From: Yuukianura sp. NJ FZ-2021
Taxonomy: Eukaryota
Assembly: GCA_046563655.1 (NCBI GenBank)
Contig: CM102284.1
Coordinates: 434,001 to 498,000, forward strand
Direction of reading: 5' to 3'
DNA length: 64,000 bases
Part shown: positions 1-12,500 of the stretch, one piece after another
Layout of the letters: each line of letters begins with the position of its first letter
How positions within the stretch are numbered: the first letter of the stretch is position 1
Position numbers and translations under genes: made by a program
The notes under the pieces: model-generated
The model's input: the letters and a program-made list of their open reading frames with translations, nothing else
Database searches by the model: none
What the model was told of the DNA's origin: nothing

Positions 1-975
1 GGAAATCCTTTGGTTTTCCCTCAAGTGAGAATTTAGTGGGTGGGAGTGGTTTGATTCCACTGATAATTAGGAAATGAAGTATAGAAGAGAGAGAGAGTTG
101 GAGAGTGAAGGTTGACTACTTTTCAAAAACACTTTTATTCCTGCAGTCCATAACCAATTCACTATAACACTCAATGTTAAAAAGAGCAGGAGTGGAAAGG
201 GGGATTTCTAATCTGTCTCCATAAAAAATCTACTCGTCCTCATTTCTTTTTACGCCGTAACTTTAGTCTTTTCAGTTTCTCATGTCACAGAAACCAATGG
301 AGTTGAAAAAATAGTAGTTTATAGTCGATTCATTTTGACTACTAACTTTGTAGGAGACGATTTCTCCTGAAAGCGCTGTGTTTTTCTGGATGCCAAAAGC
401 CACCCCCCACCACCCCCTGCCCACACTCCATCGTAACGGACTATAAACTCTGATTTTCCCTTTTCCAAAACCGCAACTCTCTCTTTTCCATTCAGCTCAA
501 ATGAATCATCTAAAAACTTTTCATTTTTCGTTTCTTGGCCTATTTTTAACACATATTTAAAAAAATCACTTTAACATGCAACTTTACAAAAGAAAAAATT
601 AGGAAATTTTAAACCCGGAGAAAGCTAGCCTAAGTTCGGATTCTGAATTTGTGAATAACCTTGTAGATTTTGATTTGCAATGTTCTAATAACCTTAAAAC
701 TTAGTTTAAAAATGTTAAGAATGTGAAAAAGTGGTGAAAGCGGGTAGTTTTGAACTTGTGTGTCACGCTGTACACTTTTCCTAATGAATATTTGTGAAAT
801 GTAAATCCTGATTACTGGTGCAAGAGAATTTTAGACTCTTCTGAATCAACAACGCAACGACAAAACCACTTGAGAGAGAGGAAAAAAAGTTTCTCTCTTG
901 CGTGGCTGAAAAATCCTGATGAATTTCATCGCACTCAATATCGCCTATACTAATGAAATATTAGAAGATTCGTGT

Positions 976-1174
976 TTCCGTGCGTATTGGGCATATTTCC
1001 CTCCATACTGGGCATATTGTGCATGGCTGGATTTTATGCACTTTTTGTGCATACCTAAACATATTCTGTGCATACCGAACATATTTTGTGCATACCTAAA
1101 CATATTCTGTGCATACCGAACATATTTTGTGCATACCGTGCATATTTTGTGCATACCGTGCATATTTGGTGCAT
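976..1174. repeat. Tandem repeat, ~20-bp unit (CATATTTTGTGCATACCGAA-like)
   Basis: Visible array of catatt(t/c)tgtgcatacc(g/t)aa units; it explains the spurious ORFs 919-1176 and 945-1163. Confidence 0.85.
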
Positions 1175-4100
1175 AATAGTGTTATGTTGATCATGTAACG
1201 TTTTAATGGATGTAGAAAGGCCATTTTATACAACCTATGTTAAAGTTATGTTAAATTTAGTTTCTCCTTGGAATGAAGTAGGAAATGAGAAATGTGTTAG
1301 TGCCATTGGATGTTTTTGCACTGTGGAGAGAAACATAACAATTGAAATGGGAGACGGAGAAGGAAGTTATGGCTTCAAATGTAGTTTGTGGAGGTTACAA
1401 TGGGAGTTTGTGAGGCGTGGGATAAAAGTAAGCTCAAAAGCAACAGATAGTTACTCCCTGTCTCTGCATAAACGTTGTACTTTTTGCAATAAATTCAAAA
1501 GGGAGTAACTAAAAAGAGTGATGCTAAATTCAAAACAAAGGGAGAGTATTAAGTTCAACAGTTGAAGGCACAAGGAGCTGGCCTTGTCTTTTTACCAACT
1601 TCAGGGCCACGACTAAGAAAAAATGAAAAAATCTCATCAAGTGTGCAACAATGTTACCAAATTACGGGCTAATTTTAATCAAAATGAAAAAAAGCATCAA
1701 TTTCTTAGTTTTTCAAAAATTGAAATTGAGGAGTTTAAAAATTAAGAGTTTGATGATTTGGAGACTGGAACATTTTTTGCAAAATGCAAAGTTTTTTTGT
1801 CTCCCACTTTTTGCATATCATTCATAAAGTTCAATCCATTTTTAAAAAATGTTGTACACGATTTTTTTAAAAGTGGAAGTTTTTTTAAACTTTTCTTTTG
1901 TTCTTTTGTTAACCTTCTTGGAAATTTTTTTTTGGGTGAAGATTTCACTGTGGACTTTGGAGGGGATTGTGATTTGGAAAGTGGGGTTTTGTGGTGGAAG
2001 GAGAATTTCACAGTGATACAGCACAAAACGACAGTCAAAAAACGAAACCAGGCAAAATGCAGTTGAAAAACGAACAAGGAAAAACGGAAAAATATTTCAA
2101 AAGTTTTAAGCCTGAAGTTTTTTGACTTTGGAGAAAATGCACGCGTTACCTTTTCAAAAAAAATGAAAGAATAGAAAGTCGGTTTTTTTTTAGAAAGTGA
2201 GCAGGAAGGAAGGGAGGAATTTCGGTTTGGCTGGCGGCCTAATGGATCTCCCGGGTTATTTTGGGAGTCAAGTGGGAAATTCAAAAAAAGGCGGGTGAAA
2301 GGAGGGAAAGCGGGAGATGCCCGGATTCGGAAATCCGGGTAACAGCAGGAGACAAGCCAATTGAAGTCAATTGGAAATGAAAGGTTTTTGATGAGATTTA
2401 ATTGTGTCTGATTTGAGTTCAATTGAGGCGGTGGTTGGTGTGAAAGTTGGAGAGGAAAAAGAAGTTGTCGTTTGGGCGGCCATTTTTAAAGTTGTGGTGC
2501 CTAGTATAGCATGAGACAGTAATCAGTTGACTATTAGTGGAGTTATGAAGGGGAAATGTTTGGAGGGGCTAAATAACTTTCGAATGTTCAAAAGAGAGGT
2601 TTTCTTTTTCCATTCCAACACACACAAATTACAAAAAGCGTCTCTTCTTTTTGGTTTTGTGTAGGAAGGATGATGATGAAGAGGGGACCGTTCCACTCCT
2701 TTTCCCTTTTCTCCCTCAGTCCATCTAAATTTCACTCTAAAGAGTCACATTCCACCATGAAACCAGAGCTGGGCATTGTAAAATAATAAAAAAATAAATA
2801 AAACAATATAAAAAATGCATGAATAACAACAACAATATAAGTAAGATTTTATATACCTACATGTGTGTAAGTGTAAGTAGTTTTCGCCGTTGCCAATAAA
2901 GTGTCGTAAAAGAAACAGATTTTCACTTTTTTTGAATTAATTTGAAAAAAGAACAATTTAATTGATCTACAACAAACTGCGCCCTTCGGCAACGTTGCTG
3001 TTATACTAATATTTAATTTTTAACATTTAATATTTAGATATTATAATTCTTGGTAAGCAGTTATGCTATGAAGGTATTCTTTGAATTTCCATTATGTTAA
3101 ATAATAGTTATAAGTATAAATGGATAAGAAGCAATACTTGTAGCATATTTTGGAATATATTTGAACTATTTGTAATAAAACTTATAAATTGATGCCCATC
3201 TCTGAATAGGGTGAGGGTGGGCTGAGTGAGAGTTGTTTAGGTTGGTGTGATTTGCCTCCGCCTTCTTCCTGGGAGAAACGATTTCCCTTCTGTCTCCAAC
3301 AAAAACTCTCTCCAACTCTCAAGGAGAAAAAGTGTGTCTCTCTCCTTGGATTCCTCTACTGTGGAAGTACAAAGTACTGGCAGTACACAGCCTCCTGCTC
3401 TCTGTCCTCCCAGTCTCCATCCACTCCTCAAACAAACACCAATTCCCCCACTCTCTCTCACTTTTCTCACTTTCAAACAGTTTCTCCTCCATTTTCTAAT
3501 TTTGGCTTTCTACCAGTACCTTCGAGCCAAAAACAGGAAAAGACAGGAATTTCTCCCGGGTTTTCAGCAACAAGGGAAAACTCCCGCCTCTCATCACTTC
3601 CTGCTCTGCGAAGCTCACAAACTAAGCTCTCCCCGAAATTCGGAGGAAACAGGAACTCTACATAACAAAAAACATCCACCGTAAGGTAAGGCAACGTTTC
3701 TCTTTCGTTTCTAAAACGTTAACTTACATTAACTATTACATAAGTTGAGATTAGCAGTGGAAGTATCATCATGACATATGCACCAGAGTGTACGATATGC
3801 TAATTAGTTACCTGTAATTAGTCTTATGTAAATATGACACAGGGAGGAGGGGGAGGTGGTTCGTATTGTTACAAAAAAAAAAAGAGAAGGTAGAAAAAAT
3901 TACAGTAAAATTTCCTCCTCTAGCTCTGTTCAAGGTAAAAAAAAATAGAAGAAAACATCTGACGATAAAGAAAATTTATTGTTGTGTGTGCAACTTTCTA
4001 AAAAAATATTCTTACATGCAACTTTCTAAAAAATATTATTGCATGCAACTTTCTAAAAAAATGCGTTGCGTTTGATTAAAAATTCAAAATTTTGGAAAAT

Positions 4101-4357
4101 TCTGTAAAAATCGAAGGCTAAGATCTTTTATGAAAAGCAAAAAGTTTTTCTCAAATCTGAAAACAGGAATTTCTTCGTGAAAAAGAAGCTTTTCTGAAAT
4201 GAGAATTTTTATTTGTAGGGAGCAAAAAGCTTACTGTTGTTGTGGGTGGTTTTTACGGTAACTTCGTAGTGGTACGGTATAAGGGGAGCGAAACACTAAT
4301 ATTTTTTTGTATGTTTGAATTACAGGCTGAGGACCTTACTGTACTTTTCCCGCGAAA

Positions 4358-6989
4358 ATGTCTTCCAGTGGTTCGGCCTGGCTCTTTCTCCAGTACAACA
4401 AGCATCTGAGCGTGATTGGAGAGGAAGTTAAGAATTCATTCCAGAACGAGGCCTGCGCCGATGCCAAAATCGTTTGTGACGGCGGATCCATCAATGTCCA
4501 TCGACTTATCCTCGCTTCAGCAAGTCCCTGGCTCAAAACAGTCTTTGAAGAATCTGGTGGCGATCAACATGTCATTGTCATTCCGGATATCAAGTATGAC
4601 GACATGCTGCTTCTCATTCGGTTCATGTACGGCGGAGAAGTGACTGTCCCACTAAAGCAACTTGGAGACCTCCAAGACCTTATTCAACTGCTTCAACTGG
4701 ATCCTGGACATGTCAATGGCAAGTTCGTCATTGAGAACACACATGACAAGTCCATCACTGCAAACATCCCAGCCACTATCACCGTCGTGTCGCCACCAAC
4801 TGAACAGACAAATCGAAATAACGACGATATTGATGATGACCCAGATGACGACGATGGAGATGCCGAAGAACGTCCAGATTCGCCTAAACCCGAGGATTTA
4901 TCAATCAGCTCAAGCGAGATTCGAGTCAAGAGCGAATATTCAAAAAGTGCATTGGAACCCATGGACATGGTGACAACAGATCGGTCTGTCACGGTATCAC
5001 TTACAGCAGGTCAGAGACGGACACATGAAGAGGCAATGGGAGCAGATGACGATGTGAACGTAGATGACGATGACGATGTGAGTGAGAAGGCTAAGATCCC
5101 AGAGACAATCTTAACGACGACCAGATCACGTGGAAAAATGGGCGGAGTTTCACTTGGGCGACAATCGACAGGAAGTCGTCGGCTCCTTCCGAGTACTGCC
5201 GGAGGCTCTTCTAAACGGACACGCACTAGTGAACGGTTTTCACTCAACATCCCACTCAATAACAATCTTCTCTTGACAAACAACAATGACAGTACTAAGG
5301 AAAAGAAAAAGAAAAAGTCAGCTGTAGCCGTTGTTCCGGCAGCAGCTCCAAGTCCAGACGACATTGGCATGTCACCAGCCGAAGTGGATCCGATGAACAT
5401 GGAAGATGATGGAGAACGCGGAGAGGAACCTTCCAATAACAACTCGGTAATTAATTTCAAACTTAAGTTAAGAAAAATTTAACTAAAGTTAATTAACTTA
5501 AAGTTTACGTCAATTAACAACAACTACCAAGGCTCCCTCTCACACTGAAACTACTCTTCCTTTTTCCTATTTTCTACAAAGTTTACTTTCTTTTTCGCCT
5601 TGTAAGAGAATTTCTGATTACTCATTTTTCTGGTATCCGATTTCTGATGACTGACTCCCTTCGCTGATTTCCGATTTTTCTGATTACTGGTATTTTTCTG
5701 TTTTCTGATTTCTCCGATTTCTGATCTCCGATTTTCCCGATTGCTCTGATTTTTTTTTTATTTCTGATTATTGATTTTTCTCATCTCTGATTCCTGATTC
5801 CTGAGTCCCTTTGCTGATTTACGATTTTTCTGATTACTGGTCTTTCTGTTTTCGGATTTTTTCGATTTCTGATTTTTCTGTTTACTGATTTCTCCGATTT
5901 ATGCTTGATTGCCCTCATTTTCCAATATTTCTGATTGTTCTGATTTTTCATTCTTTTTCTGATTTCTGATTTTTTCCCATCACCTCCGACCGCCCATTTT
6001 TTTTTAGTTTTCTGATTTCCCATCCCGATTTTCTTGTTTTCTCTGACTTTTGTTCTTTAAAACTGTTTTTCCGTTTCTGGGGACTTGGTAGGTGGCGATT
6101 CTGGCGAAAGTAGGGACAAAGATTACGAACACACGGACTAAGACGCCTCATTTGCAGATCATCCCGGAGTCAGGAGTGCTGAGATGCTCCATGTGTCACT
6201 ATGAATGTGCCTCCTACGACGACTACAAGAAGCACGAGAAAGTCCATCAGCCCAACTTCTCTTGCCAGTACTGCGGAAAAGGCTTCTTCATCAAGTGGAA
6301 CCTCATCGCTCATCTCAGAACACACACTGGAGAAAAACCATTCACTTGCTTCTTCTGCAAAGGATCTTTCAGACAAAAGGTAAACTTTCAAAATTTCAGG
6401 GTTTTCAAATTTTGAAAATTTCACATTTTCATGAATTTAGTTATATTTTGAAAGTGCAACCCCTCCTCAGTTAAACAATGTGAGTCATAAACTCTCATTT
6501 TTCGTTTTTTCCTATTTCTGCTGGTAATTTCCGAAATCTTTCCGGGTTCGTTAAAGTTTGATTTTGGCGAAACACAACTAAAAAAAACACAGCATGACAA
6601 GATTTCATTAGTACAACTTTTGTGTACTAATGAAATCTTGTCTGTTCGTTCTTCTGAGGATTATGAAAACGAAAAGAGGTGGAGTGGCGTTTTTAAAAAG
6701 ATGTTTTTTTAAGTTATGTTTTTATACTAATGAAATTTTGTGTGTTCGTTTTCAGGCTCACTTGATCAAGCACATTTCGAGCGTGCATCGATTCCAGGAC
6801 GGCGGGAAAAGTGGAGTTGCTGTGAAGACGGAGAAAGTGAGCGGAAATACTTCTGATTCGAACAGTACTGAACTGGGGGGCAAAGAGGACTTTTCATGCT
6901 GTTTCTGTGGGGAGCCCTTTGAAAACAAAGATTCAATCCGGAAGCACATCTCACAAGCACACAGAGAACTACTCGTCAGAGCTACTTAA
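4358..6989 (+). CDS. BTB/POZ domain C2H2 zinc-finger transcription factor (3 coding exons: 4358-5446, 6092 or 6158-6379, 6756-6989)
   Basis: BTB motifs DAKIVCDGGSINVHRLILASASPW and LLIRFMYGGEV; C2H2 fingers with the HLRTHTGEKPFTC linker; GT-AG phase-0 junctions join RQK|AHLIKHISSVH in frame. Confidence 0.9.
5608..6050. repeat. Low-complexity intronic repeat of TTTCTGAT / CCGATTT units
   Basis: Many degenerate tttctgat copies with an internal duplication (about 5640-5740 vs 5795-5900) inside BTB-ZF intron 1. Confidence 0.7.
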
Positions 6990-8383
6990 AACAGGGGTCA
7001 ACTACTCTTCTTCTCTAAACTTAATTAACTTCTATTAAGTTAACTACAATTTAAAATTAACTTGTTAGTTAACATTTTTGTAATGGATTTAGGTTATGAG
7101 CTAATGACTTACACTCAAGTGCCTTCCAGGAGATGCCTTATATTACCACTACCACAAAATGACCAAATAATCAACTCAAACTTTAAATGATTTGAGTTAT
7201 GATGCCCCCTAAACAGTTTTGGAAAAAAGTGTTTTTTGAAAAACTTAAACTTTTTTGAAATGTTAGGCTACTGATGCTTAGGGCACCTACAAATTCTACT
7301 TTTTGTACTATTGGAAGAAAAGAGGGAGATTTATAAAATATTTAAGTAGAAACTTGTTGCAGGTTGAATGAAAAGTGGCCTTGATAGTCTGGTGTAGTAA
7401 AAAAGAAATTTTTTTTGGCGGGAAGGCGATTTTTAAATTAAAATTCAAAATTTCAGTTTGAATTTAGTTTAGAAAAGTATATTAATTTTTGAAATTCTTG
7501 TTATGTTAAAATGCTATGTTAACTTAACATTGTTAACTGAAATTGATCCCACGCATATTGTATACTAACTCTTTTGTTGTAATTAATTTTCTCTCATTTT
7601 TTGAGTTAAGTTCTAAAAAATTACTTTTTCCAAAAAAACTAAACTTTTTTTTGGAGGTTTTCTTTGTTTTCTTTTGTTTCTTAAAATTTATTTAAAATTT
7701 AAAATTATATGGGGGATATTGTGGGAAATCATGTTGACGTAAATTAAAAAGTGCTTCACTTCTCAACACTTTCGAAATTTCCAAAAAATTCTTTGTCACA
7801 CCTAACTAATCGAAATTTCTAAAAACCGAAAATTTTGACTTTTTGAAATTTTGAGCCGATTCTTCGTAAACCAGGCGTATTGTTGTGATTAATTGGTTAA
7901 GTCAATGAAATTTAAGAATAACGTTGACCTTTGACCCTTGTATTTCTGATTTATTGTCTGCCTATGAATATAAAACAGAAATTGAGTCTACGGAACTACG
8001 CTTTGTCTTGGTTGTTTCTTCCCTTGCTGCATCCTGTTTCTGCCGCCACCTTGTTGAAAGTCTGTTTTAACTTTTGGAGTTTTAACTTTGTTTTAACTTT
8101 TGTTTGGTTGGGTGTAACAATAACAAGCAATTAAAGAAGGGCTCTTCTTCAATTAATTAATTTCAATTAATTAACAACTTCCTAACCCCTACAACCTCCG
8201 TCTTCTAGGCTCCCTAGAAAGAGGACATAGGCTTACGGTTAGGTTACACATCTCAACGGTTTACTCCTGTGGCGTTTAAAGGGGGGGGGGTCACCAGAAG
8301 GGGGGGGGGTCACTAATAATCATCTTCGGTTGCAGTTGAGACACTGATCACTGACCTGTCGCTTATTGCATTTAGGCTGCTAA

Positions 8384-8612
8384 CACTTTTTGACCTCCAG
8401 GCAAAAATTTTTGACTCCGGGCAAAAATTTTGACTTCGGGCAAAAATTTTGACTCGAAGAAGTTCTGGCTCCGGGATGTTTAAACGCCAAGAAGTTGTGG
8501 CCCGAGGAATTTTTGACTCCAGGCAAAATTTTTGACTCGAGGAATTTTTGACTGTGGGAAGTTTTGACTGCAGGCAAAAGTTTTGACTCCAAGGAAAAAG
8601 TTTGACTCCGGG
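8384..8612. repeat. Tandem repeat, ~19-20-bp unit GGCAAAAATTTTTGACTCC
   Basis: About 10 degenerate copies are visible. Confidence 0.8.
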
Positions 8613-8887
8613 GTTTTGTAAATACGTATTTCTGCCACTTTTGTGTAAGTATATAACGACTGCTGAAACTCGGACTGTGATTGGTTGATTTCTATAGCTT
8701 CATCCTCCAATAGAAAAAGACCCTTGCGTTTTTTCTTGAAGAGAGAAGGAACTTGAGCATTTGACGACGTCCGGGAGAGAGAGAGAAAGAGAGAGGAAAA
8801 GCAAGAGATTTGATTGGTTGGGAGAGGGGGAGGAGCTTACGGATTGGCTAAGAACGTTTTGCTTCGGGAGCTACCGGAGAGAAAGTG

Positions 8888-11594
8888 TCATGAGATGCGC
8901 TGGAGAGAGTAAGACCTAGGACATGGTCTTGCGCATGACCATGACAGTCGCCATGACGGTCGCCATGGCGACAGTCGTCTCCATTCGTTGCTGCTGCCTT
9001 GACTAGTAGTAGAAGTAGTAGTAGTAATAGTAGTACTTGGAGTGGATGGACTTTGGCTCTGACTTTTAGTCACCCGACTTTTAGTCACGTGACTTTTCAC
9101 ATGACTTTTCACCAGACTTTTCATAACGTCAGTTTTAACTTTGTGACTTTTCACTACACAACTTTTCACGAAACGACTTTTAATCACGTCACTTTGAGTC
9201 ATGTGACTTTTCAGCACACCACTTTTCGCCATGTGACTTTTCAGCACACCACTTTTTGTCATGTGACTTTTCAGCACACCACTTTTTGTCATGTGACTTT
9301 TCACCACGTGACCTTGAGGAGGGCTCACAACAACATTACATGGCCTGTTGGATTCTACTGGTTGAGTCCTTCTAGGCTCCACCCTTCTAGGCTCCGCCCA
9401 TTCTAAACTTTGGTTACTCATTGGCCTACGTTGACGCTGACTCCGCCTTCTCGACTCCCTGAATCCCGCCCATTCCAGACTCGTGAACAGCAGTGGTGGA
9501 AGGAGGAGGAGCGTGACGGACAAGAGGAGGAGCTTAGGACAACCGCCCCCAATCGACGACGACGTTGAACGCGGAGATTCTGTTGCCACCGACCGTCGAT
9601 GTCGCCAGTCACTTGTCGTCGTTGATGACGTCAGTTGTGCGTGGGAGGAGTCAAGTGACGCAATGAGCGACATAAAGGCCTCCGTAGTCGAAGTGGCTCG
9701 GGGGAAGTCGTACTCTTCGTCCTCCTCTTCGTAGTCCTCCCCCTCAGCAGACGTAAACCCGCCCGGTGGAGGGTCGTCCTCATCCGGGCGGGTCCTGGGT
9801 ACCCTCCGACCGGGCGGGTCGTCGTCCTCATCCGGGCGGGTCCCGGGTACCCCGCTGCCGGGCGGGTCGTCGACGTAGATTGGAACGTCTTCGTAGATGT
9901 CCGGCGGGTCTCGGGCGGGCGTGGGACTGGACGTGTCCTGGGAGACTAAGCACTGGAGGAAGACCTGCTTCAGGGTCTCTTGGTCTGCGGACGGGGGGAG
10001 GAGGGGGTTGGCTTCATGGAGATTCGTCTCCAGGGGAGACAGTTCTTGTCCTCAAGGTCACTGCGCCGCAGAGTGGAGGACAGGAAGTTGTATGTTTTGG
10101 GGAGGGCCGTGGTGTATGTCCAGCAGCACTGGGACACGTTGACCCGCCCACGACTGTCCGTGAGGAGCGGGTGTTCGTCGTCGTGGTTCGCACCATAGTC
10201 TTGGCAGTAAGTAAAATTGAAGTTACGGAGGTCGAGGGACCGGAGCGGGAAGGAGGCGGGGCTCAGACCCGCCTCAGACGGATTGAAGAGGATGCAGACG
10301 AGGGCGTCGGCGGGTGTGGCTCGTCTGAAGAAGTAGTCCTCCGTGTGGTGGTGGTTGGAGTCTGTGTAGGTGGTGGGGCAGTGGAAGGCGGGATGGCCGC
10401 CGTACTGAGAGGGATGGAGGGCGGGTTTGCCTGAGGCTTCGACCTGGACACGGTCTGGAGAGAGGTACGGGCACACACGGATCACTTGGTGACACGTAGA
10501 ATCACAACGGTTCAGACCCGCCGGCAAAAGCCCTTCCGCCAACAGGCTGCAGCTCCAGTCTCGGTAAGCCTCCTGAAAATTAAAAAAAAAATCCTCAAAA
10601 ATTTTGAACAATTTAAAACTTTTTTCAAATTCAAAAACGGTTTTGAAAAATTGCTTTGAAGAAATGTGAACAAAGTTAGTACTAGAATTCTACTAACTTT
10701 CACATTTCTTCAAAACAATTTGTTTCAAATTACATTAAAAATAAAAATTTTTAAATTTTGCCGGAGTTACAAGAATGCTGCATATGCGTACTGGGCCAGC
10801 GTCGGAAAATATTGTGTGTTCTTTTTTTGCTGCACATGTTTCTTGGGCTTGGCCGAGAAATATTTTTTTACTAGCATTCGTAGCATGCGTGTTGGGGCTA
10901 CGCCGGACCGGACTAAATGTAAACAAACTTAAATACTAACATACTTCTTAGCTTCGGAAACTAAATGATACTTAACATTAACGCTAAATTAATGCAGAAC
11001 TAACATAAAACTAACGTATTAAGGTGAATCTTGTACTAAATTAATAAACAAAAATAGGTTGTCAAAATTTATTAAAACTAAAAAAAAATAAAAATTACTT
11101 TTAGAACTAATGTAAAATTACTGGAAATTAATGTAAAAGTAATGGAAATTCAAGTAGAATTAATGGAAAATAGTGTAAAATAAATGACAATTAATTAAAA
11201 TGAATATACAATATATATATTATTTTGTGCTTACTTGACAGCCGAGTCTCCACCTTGGCCTGACAGTGAAGGGTTGTGCGCAGTCCATTTTGTTGAGGAC
11301 CCTGACCATGTCGCAGAAGAAGGCCTTGGCCCGCGGGAGCATGTCGCGAACCGCTCTTCTGGCCGTGTCGTTGAGGAGGGTTGTGTTGAGGAGGGCAGAG
11401 CAGAAGACGGGCCATCGCCTCGCCTCGGGGCAGTCCGTCCATTCCGTCCACTCCGTCCAGGATGTGTCCAAGGACGGCGGCTCGTCCGCGGACGGACTCC
11501 TCAGAGGGACGAAGACCACGAGAAAGACGAGCACCACGACCCACACCCAGTCACGCACACCGCACAAAGATCCCTGCGGCGGAGGCAGTGCCAT
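8888..11594 (-). CDS. NALF1: NALCN channel auxiliary factor (NALF/FAM155/NLF-1/Mid1 family); exons 11594-11235 and 10572-8888, with an apparent frameshift near 10051-9970
   Basis: N-terminal hydrophobic segment; cysteine-rich domain motifs DCAQPF, CQ|EAYRDWSC, CHQVIRVCPYLSPD and YGGHPAFHC match FAM155/Mid1. An acidic linker and a second hydrophobic helix (LLLLSVTLLLLPPLLF) lie in the -1 frame. In-frame TAG upstream of ATG 11594. Confidence 0.8.
9060..9312 (-). repeat. 15/30-bp tandem repeat (KSHMTKSGVL units) in the NALF tail
   Basis: gtgacttttcagcacaccactttttgtcat repeated, with degenerate flanking copies. Confidence 0.85.
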
Positions 11595-12049
11595 GCCGCC
11601 ACCAAACAGCCCACCCAAAGCATCGCACAACTACACAACGGCCCTGCAAATACAAAGAATCAATTGGAAGATTAAGTGTTGAGTGATCAATTAATTAGTC
11701 AAAGTCAATTAGTTGGAGTCAAGAGGTAAGCTGGAAGCGGGAAGAGTGAAAACAGATTCACTTTCTCACGACAGATGCCCGCTTTCACCCAAATTAACAC
11801 TGTCCACCTTTCTCTCACTTTTTTCATCGCTTTCGAAAAGAAAGTTTTTTAAACCAAAATTTATTGCTTTTTGAAATAGATTTTTTGAATTAAAAAAATC
11901 ATTTTCAACTATTACGTTAGTTCTGACGTGGCAAAAATATTTTCTGCCGAAAATAAAAATGGTTTTGTGTTTGTCGAAGTTTCAATTTACTCGAATTAAA
12001 AAAAATCAATAAAAGTTTTTCTTATGTCAATTCGATAAAAAACGTCTTC

Positions 12050-12500
12050 AGTGGTTATGTTTTTGTGAAAACGAAAAACCGGTATTTTCCGTAATTTCTG
12101 TTAGTTAGTAATTTCCTAACTCTCTGAACAGAACTACGCTTTTTACCGTATTTCTCAAGTATAGAAACGTTTTCATGTGTCCTTTACCAACATGAAAACG
12201 TTTTTCACGGTTATTTTAGTAAACTCAAAACGTTTTATGTACGTTTTCACTTAGTACGGAAACATTTTCGTTTTACATTTTCAATAGTATACACAACTGT
12301 GCATATTTCTTCCTAAACGAAAACGCTTTCTATACGTACTTCAGTTAACTTAAAAACGTTTCGCGTTTGCATTTCAGTCAATTCAAAAACGTTTTGCGTT
12401 TGTATTTCAGTCAATACAAAAACGTTTTCCGTGCGTGATTGACCTAACAGGAAAACGTTTTACATACATGTTTCACGTTAACAGGAAAACGTAAAGGGCG
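12050..12500. repeat. Degenerate array of AAAACGTTTT palindromic units
   Basis: Repeated aaaacgtttt cores at roughly 30-nt spacing in the NALF upstream intron. Confidence 0.6.

Noticed and set aside
1742-3694. ORFs 1742-2422, 3247-3684 and 3252-3665
   Set aside because: Low-complexity F/K/L/S translations with no motifs; the region fits intergenic DNA and the 5' UTR exon of the BTB-ZF gene (donor near 3685).
8670-8860. CCAAT-box and GA-repeat cluster as a promoter
   Set aside because: It lies in the presumed NALF 3' UTR with no downstream gene identified, so it cannot be supported without TSS data.
9766-11686. Long + strand ORFs opposite NALF
   Set aside because: Antisense shadows of GC-rich coding exons.
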